From the NCBI RefSeq assembly GCF_009914755.1, contig NC_060925.1: 64,000 nucleotides of DNA; one strand, written 5' to 3'. This stretch comes from the human T2T-CHM13v2.0 reference genome, Homo sapiens. Under the pieces are notes generated by a model, which did not search any database, was not told the DNA's origin, and worked only from the letters and a program-made list of their open reading frames with translations. Below are positions 56,801 through 64,000 of the stretch, piece by piece. How positions within the stretch are numbered: the first letter of the stretch is position 1; each line of letters opens with the position of its first letter. A program made the position numbers and the translations under genes.

Positions 56801-59800
56801 GAATGGAATCATCGCATAGAATCGAATGGAATTATCATCGAATGGAATCGAATGGAATCAACATCAAACGGAAAAAAACAGAATTATCGTATGGAATCGA
56901 AGAGAATCATCGAATGGACCCGAATGGAATCATCTAATGGAATGGAATGGAATAATCCATGGACTCGAATGCAATCATCATCGAATGGAATCGAATGGAA
57001 TCATCGAATGGACTCGAATGGAATAATCATTGAACGGAATCGAATGGAATCATCATCGGATGGAAATGAATGGAATCATCATCGAATGGAATCGAATAGA
57101 ATTATGGAATGAAATCCAGTGTGATCATCATCGAATGGACCCGAATGGAATCATCATCCAACGGAAGCTAATGGAATCAACATCGAATGAATCGAATGGA
57201 AACACCATCGAATTGAACCGAATGGAATTATCATGAAATTGAAATGGATGGACTCATCATCGAATGGATTCGAATGGAATCATCGAATAAAATTGATTGA
57301 AATCATCATCGAATGGAATCGAATGGTATCATTGAATGGAATCGAATGGAATCATCATCAGATGGAAATGAATGGAATCGTCATAGAATGGAATCGAATG
57401 GATTCATTGAATGGAATCAGATGGAATCATCGAATGGACTGGAATGGAATCATTGAATGGACTCGAAAGGGATCATTATTGAATGGAATTGAATGGAATC
57501 ATCGAATGGTCTCGATTGGAATCATTATCAAATGGAATCGAATGGAATCACCGAATAGAATCGAATGGAACAATCATCGAATGGACTCAAATGGAATTAT
57601 CCTCAAATGGAATGGAATGGAATTATCGAATGCAATCGAATGGAATTATCGAATGCAATCGAATAGAATCATCGAATGGACTCGAATGGAATCATCGAAT
57701 GGAATGGAATGGAACAGTCAATGAACTCGAATGGAATCATCATTGAATGGAATCGAATGGAATCATCGAGTGGAATCGAATGGAATTATGATCAAATGGA
57801 ATCGAATGTAATCATCATCAAATGGAATCAAAAATAACCATCATCAATTGGTATTGAATGGAATTGTCATCAAATGGAATTCAAAGGAATCATCATCAAA
57901 TGGAACCGAATGGAATCCTCATTGAATGGAAATGAAAGGGGTCATCATCTAATGGCATCGCATGGAATCATCATCAAATGGAATGGAATGGAATCATCAT
58001 CAAATGGAATCTAATGGAATCATTGAACAGAATTGAATGGAATGGTCATCGAATGAATTGAATGCAATCATCGAATGGTCTCGAATGGAATCATCTTCTA
58101 ATGGAAAGGAATGGAATCATCGCATAGAATCGATTGGAATTATCATCGAATGGAATCGAATGGTATCAACACCAAACGGAAAAAAACGGAATTATCGAAT
58201 GGAATCGAAGAGAATCTTCGAACGGACCCGAATGGAATCATCTAATGGAATGGAATGGAATAATCCATGGACTCGAATGCAATCATCATCGAATGGAATC
58301 GAATGGAATCATCGAATGGACTCGAATGGAATAATCATTGAACGGAATCGAATGGAATCATCATCGGATGGAAACGAATGGAATCATCATCGAATGGAAA
58401 TGAAAGGAGTCATCATCTAATGGAATTGCATGGAATCATCATCAAATGGAATCGAATGGAATCAACATCAAATGGAATCAAATGGAATCATTGAACGGAA
58501 TTGAATGGAATCGTCATCGAATGAATTGACTGCAATCATCGAATGGTCTCGGAATCATCTTCAAATGGAATGGAATGGAATCATCGCATAGAATCGAATG
58601 GAATTATCATCGAATGGAATCGAATGGAATCAACATCAAACGGAAAAAAACGGAATTATCGAATGGAATCGAAGAGAATCATCGAATGGACCCGAATGGA
58701 ATCATCTAATGGAATGGAATGGAATAATCCATGGACTCGAATGCAATCATCATCGAATGGAATCGAATGGAATCATCGAATGGACTCGAATGGAATAATC
58801 ATTGAACGGAATCGAATGGAATCATCATCGGATGGAAATGAATGGAATCATCATCGAATGGAATCGAATAGAATTATGGAATGAAATCCAGTGTGATCAT
58901 CATCGAATGGACCCGAATGGAATCATCATCCAACGGAAGCTAATGGAATCAACATCGAATGAATCGAATGGAAACACCATCGAATTGAAACGAATGGAAT
59001 TATCATGAAATTGAAATGGATGGACTCATCATCGAATGGATTCGAATGGAATCATCGAATAAAATTGATTGAAATCATCATCGAATGGAATCGAATGGTA
59101 TCATTGAATGGAATCGAATGGAATCATCATCAGATGGAAATGAATGGAATCGTCATAGAATGGAATCGAATGGATTCATTGAATGGAATCAGATGGAATC
59201 ATCGAATGGACTGGAATGGAATCATTGAATGGACTCGAAAGGGATCATGATTGAATGGAATTGAATGGAATCATCGAATGGTCTCGATTGGAATCATTAT
59301 CAAATGGAATCGAATGGAATCACCGAATAGAATCGAATGGAACAATCATCGAATGGACTCAAATGGAATTATCCTCAAATGGAATCGAATGGAATTATCG
59401 AATGCAATCGAATGGAATTATCGAATGCAATCGAATAGAATCATCGAATGGACTCGAATGGAATCATCGAATGGAATGGAATGGAACAGTCAATGAACTC
59501 GAATGGAATCATCATTGAATGGAATCGAATGGAATCATCGAGTGGAATCGAATGGAATTATGATCAAATGGAATCGAATGTAATCATCATCAAATGGAAT
59601 CAAAAATAACCATCATCAATTGGTATTGAATGGAATTGTCATCAAATGGAATTCAAAGGAATCATCATCAAATGGAACCGAATGGAATCCTCATTGAATG
59701 GAAATGAAAGGGGTCATCATCTAATGGAATCGCATGGAATCATCACCAAATGGAATCGAATGGAATCATCATCAAATGGAATCTAATGGAATCATTGAAC

Positions 59801-61561
59801 AGAATTGAATGGAATCGTCATCAAATGATTTGAATGCAATCATCGAATGGTCTCGAATGGAATCATCTTCTAATGGAAAGGAATGGAATCATCGCATAGA
59901 ATCGAATGGAATTATCATCGAATGGAATCGAATGGTATCAACACCAAACGGAAAAAAACGGAATTATCGAATGGAATCGAAGAGAATCTTCGAACGGACC
60001 CGAATGGAATCATCTAATGGAATGGAATGGAATAATCCATGGACTCGAATGCAATCATCATCGAATGGAATCGAATGGAATCATCGAATGGACTCGAATG
60101 GAATAATCATTGAACGGAATCGAATGGAATCATCATCGGATGGAAACGAATGGAATCATCATCGAATGGAAATGAAAGGAGTCATCATCTAATGCAATTG
60201 CATGGAATCATCATCAAATGGAATCGAATGGAATCAACATCAAATGGAATCAAATGGAATCATTGAACGGAATTGAATGGAATCGTCATCGAATGAATTG
60301 ACTGCAATCATCCAATGGTCTCGAATGGAATCATCTTCAAATGGAATGGAATGGAATCATCGCATAGAATCGAATGGAATTATCATCGAATGGAATCGAA
60401 TGGAATCAACATCAAACGGAAAAAAACGGAATTATCGAATGGAATCGAAGAGAATCATCGAATGGACCCGAATGGAATCATCTAATGGAATGGAATGGAA
60501 TAATCCATGGACTCGAATGCAATCATCATCGAATGGAATCGAATGGAATCATCGAATGGACTCGAATGGAATAATCATTGAACGGAATCGAATGGAATCA
60601 TCATCGGATGGAAATGAATGGAATCATCATCGAATGGAATCGAATAGAATTATGGAATGAAATCCAGTGTGATCATCATCGAATGGACCCGAATGGAATC
60701 ATCATCCAACGGAAGCTAATGGAATCAACATCGAATGAATCGAATGGAAACACCATCGAATTGAAACGAATGGAATTATCATGAAATTGAAATGGATGGA
60801 CTCATCATCGAATGGATTCGAATGGAATCATGGAATAAAATTGATGGAAATCATCATCCAATGGAATCGAATGGTATCATTGAATGGAATCGAATGGAAT
60901 CATCATCAGATGGAAATGAATGGAATCGTCATAGAATGGAATCGAATGGATTCATTGAATGGAATCAGATGGAATCATCGAATGGACTGGAATGGAATCA
61001 TTGAATGGACTCGAAAGGGATCATGATTGAATGGAATTGAATGGAATCATCGAATGGTCTCGATTGGAATCATTATCAAATGGAATCGAATGGAATCACC
61101 GAATAGAATCGAATGGAACAATCATCGAATGGACTCAAATGGAATTATCCTCCAATGGAATGGAATGGAATTATCGAATGCAATCGAATAGAATCATCGA
61201 ATGGACTCGAATGGAATCATCGAATGGAATGGAATGGAACAGTCAATGAACTCGAATGGAATCATCATTGAATGGAATCGAATGGAATCATCGAGTGGAA
61301 TCGAATGGAATTATGATCAAATGGAATCGAATGTAATCATCATCAAATGGAATCAAAAATAACCATCATCAATTGGTATTGAATGGAATTGTCATCAAAT
61401 GGAATTCAAAGGAATCATCATCAAATGGAACCGAATGGAATCCTCATTGAATGGAAATGAAAGGGGTCATCATCTAATGGAATCGCATGGAATCATCATC
61501 AAATGGAATCGAATGGAATCATCATCAAATGGAATCTAATGGAATCATTGAACAGAATTGA
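38866..61561 (+). repeat. 11348-bp near-perfect tandem duplication (38866-50213 / 50214-61561)
   Basis: ORFs and rare alleles are offset by 11348, e.g. ATTACCAAAT ~39661/~51009, 43113/54461, 47195/58543, 49444/60792. Unit lengths sum correctly: 1308+1063+1285+2391+1776+1772+1753=11348. Confidence 0.92.
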
Positions 61562-64000
61562 ATGGAATCGTCATCGAATGAATTGAATGCAATCATCGAA
61601 TGGTCTCGAATGGAATCATCTTCTAATGGAAAGGAATGGAATCATCGCATAGAATCGAATGGAATTATCATCGAATGGAATCGAATGGTATCAACACCAA
61701 ACGGAAAAAAACGGAATTATCGAATGGAATCGAAGAGAATCTTCGAACGGACCCGAATGGAATCATCTAATGGAATGGAATGGAATAATCCATGGACTCG
61801 AATGCAATCATCATCGAATGGAATCGAATGGAATCATCGAATGGACTCGAATGGAATAATCATTGAACGGAATCGATTGGAATCATCATCGGATGGAAAC
61901 GAATGGAATCATCATCGAATGGAAATGAAAGGAGTCATCATCTAATGGAATTGCATGGAATCATCATAAAATGGAATCGAATGGAATCAACATCAAATGG
62001 AATCAAATGGAATCATTGAACGGAATTGAATGGAATCGTCATCGAATGAATTGACTGCAATCATCCAATGGTCTCGAATGGAATCATCTTCAAATGGAAT
62101 GGAATGGAATCATCGCATAGAATCGAATGGAATTATCATCGAATGGAATCGAATGGAATCAACATCCAACGGAAAAAAACGGAATTATCGAATGGAATCG
62201 AAGAGAATCATCGAATGGACCCGAATGGAATCATGTAATGGAATGGAATGGAATAATCCATGGACTCGAATGCAATCATCATCGAATGGAATCGAATGGA
62301 ATCATCGAATGGACTCGTATGGAATAATCATTGAACGGAATCGAATGGAATCATCATCGGATGGAAATGAATGGAATCATCATCGAATGGAATCGAATAG
62401 AATTATGGAATGAAATCCAGTGTGATCATCATCGAATGGACCCGAATGGAATCATCATCCAACGGAAGCTAATGGAATCAACATCGAATGAATCAAATGG
62501 AAACACCATCGAATTGAAACGAATGGAATTATCATGAAATTGAAATGGATGGACTCATCATCGAATGGATTAATGGAATCATCGAATAAAATTGATTGAA
62601 ATCATCATCGAATGGAATCGAATGGTATCATTGAATGGAATCGAATGGAATCATCATCAGATGGAAATGAATGGAATCGTCATAGAATGGAATCGAATGG
62701 ATTCATTGAATGGAATCAGATGGAATCATCGAATGGACTGGAATGGAATCATTGAATGGACTCGAAAGGGATCATGATTGAATGGAATTGAATGGAATCA
62801 TCGAATGGTCTCGATTGGAATCATTATCAAATGGAATCGAATGGAATCACCGAATAGAATCGAATGGAACAATCATCGAATGGACTCAAATGGAATTATC
62901 CTCAAATGGAATCGAATGGAATTATCGAATGCAATCGAATGGAATTATCGAATGCAATCGAATAGAATCATCGAATGAACTCGAATGGAATCATCGAATG
63001 GAATGGAATGGAACAGTCAATGAACTCGAATGGAATCATCATTGAATGGAATCGAATGGAATCATCGAGTGGAATCGAATGGAATTATGATCAAATGGAA
63101 TCGAATGTAATCATCATCAAATGGAATCAAAAATAACCATCATCAATTGGTATTGAATGGAATTGTCATCAAATGGAATTCAAAGGAATCATCATCAAAT
63201 GGAACCGAATGGAATCCTCATTGAATGGAAATGAAAGGGGTCATCATCTAATGGAATCGCATGGAATCATCATCAAATGGAATCGAATGGAATCATCATC
63301 AAATGGAATCTAATGGAATCATTGAACAGAATTGAATGGAATCGTCATCGAATGAATTGAATGCAATCATCGAATGGTCTCGAATGGAATCATCTTCTAA
63401 TGGAAAGGAATGGAATCATCGCATAGAATCGAATGGAATTATCATCGAATGGAATCGAATGGTATCAACACCAAACGGAAAAAAACGGAATTATCAAATG
63501 GAATCGAAGAGAATCTTCGAACGGACCCGAATGGAATCATCTAATGGAATGGAATGGAATAATCCATGGACTCGAATGCAATCATCATCGAATGGAATCG
63601 AATGGAATCATCGAATGGACTCGAATGGAATAATCATTGAACGGAATCGAATGGAATCATCATCGGATGGAAACGAATGGAATCATCATCGAATGGAAAT
63701 GAAAGGAGTCATCATCTAATGGAATTGCATGGAATCATCATAAAATGGAATCGAATGGAATCAACATCAAATGGAATCAAATGGAATCATTGAACGGAAT
63801 TGAATGGAATCGTCATCGAATGAATTGACTGCAATCATCCAATGGTCTCGAATGTAATCAACTTCAAATGGAATGGAATGGAATCATCGCATAGAATCGA
63901 ATGGAATTATCATCGAATGGAATCGAATGGAATCAACATCAAACGGAAAAAAACGGAATTATCGAATGGAATCGAAGAGAATCATCGAATGGACCCGAAT

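Larger units (their letters stand above)
1..64000 (+). repeat. Human Satellite 2 (HSat2/HSATII) tandem array, GGAAT strand, ~1.77-kb higher-order unit typical of chr1q12 heterochromatin
   Basis: Continuous GAATGGAATC/ATCATCGAATGG sequence from end to end. The reverse complement is (CATTCGATTC)n with interspersed ATG, the HSat2 signature; HSat3 would be mostly plain CATTC. Basic period is 1776 bp with one GAATTC per unit. Assignment to chromosome 1 is inferred from the known 1.77-kb EcoRI periodicity, not from a search. Confidence 0.97.

Noticed and set aside
251-63719. Hundreds of 60-163 aa ORFs (MESSSNELNAIIEW..., MELSSNG..., MKLKWMD...)
   Set aside because: They are translations of GAATG/ATC satellite. 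Overlapping frames give the same peptide words, stops and frameshifts are gained or lost freely between copies, and there is no recognisable domain or gene structure.
1-64000. CRISPR-like array of 23-26 bp repeats
   Set aside because: No unique spacers, leader or cas genes; the intervening sequence is itself degenerate monomer.
1-64000. Strand inversion or embedded Alu/L1/ERV insertion
   Set aside because: GGAAT orientation is constant throughout. I saw no non-satellite sequence, poly(A) tail or target-site duplication.
1-64000. HSat3 (e.g. DYZ1, chr9) or alpha satellite
   Set aside because: Plain (GGAAT)n runs are short, and TCGA and ATC triplets dominate. No 171-bp or 3.6-kb periodicity was seen.

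Overview
The whole 64 kb window is one uninterrupted tandem array of human classical Satellite 2 (HSat2/HSATII), with the GGAAT-rich strand on +. It is built from degenerate 23/26-bp monomers (TCGAATGGAATCGAATGGAATCA[TCA]). These are organised into a 1776-bp higher-order unit carrying one EcoRI site, which matches the known ~1.77-kb chromosome 1q12 pericentromeric satellite (D1Z1/pUC1.77, HSat2A-type). I see no real genes, RNA genes, transposons, CRISPR arrays or inversions. All ORFs in the track are translation artefacts of the satellite. I found no new gene system; what is interesting is the array's architecture. Using a fixed anchor, the 39 complete units measure 1776 bp (x12), 1775 (x1), 1774 (x2), 1772 (x3), 1753 (x3), 1308 (x2), 1285 (x6), 1063 (x5), 670 (x1) and 2391 (x4). 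They form nested tandem duplications of 4124, 3084 and 11348 bp with resolvable chimeric junctions. There is also a recurring ordered 'super-repeat', a divergent 615-bp subunit, and evidence of recombination or gene conversion between units. All coordinates and variants were read by eye and need confirmation by alignment.
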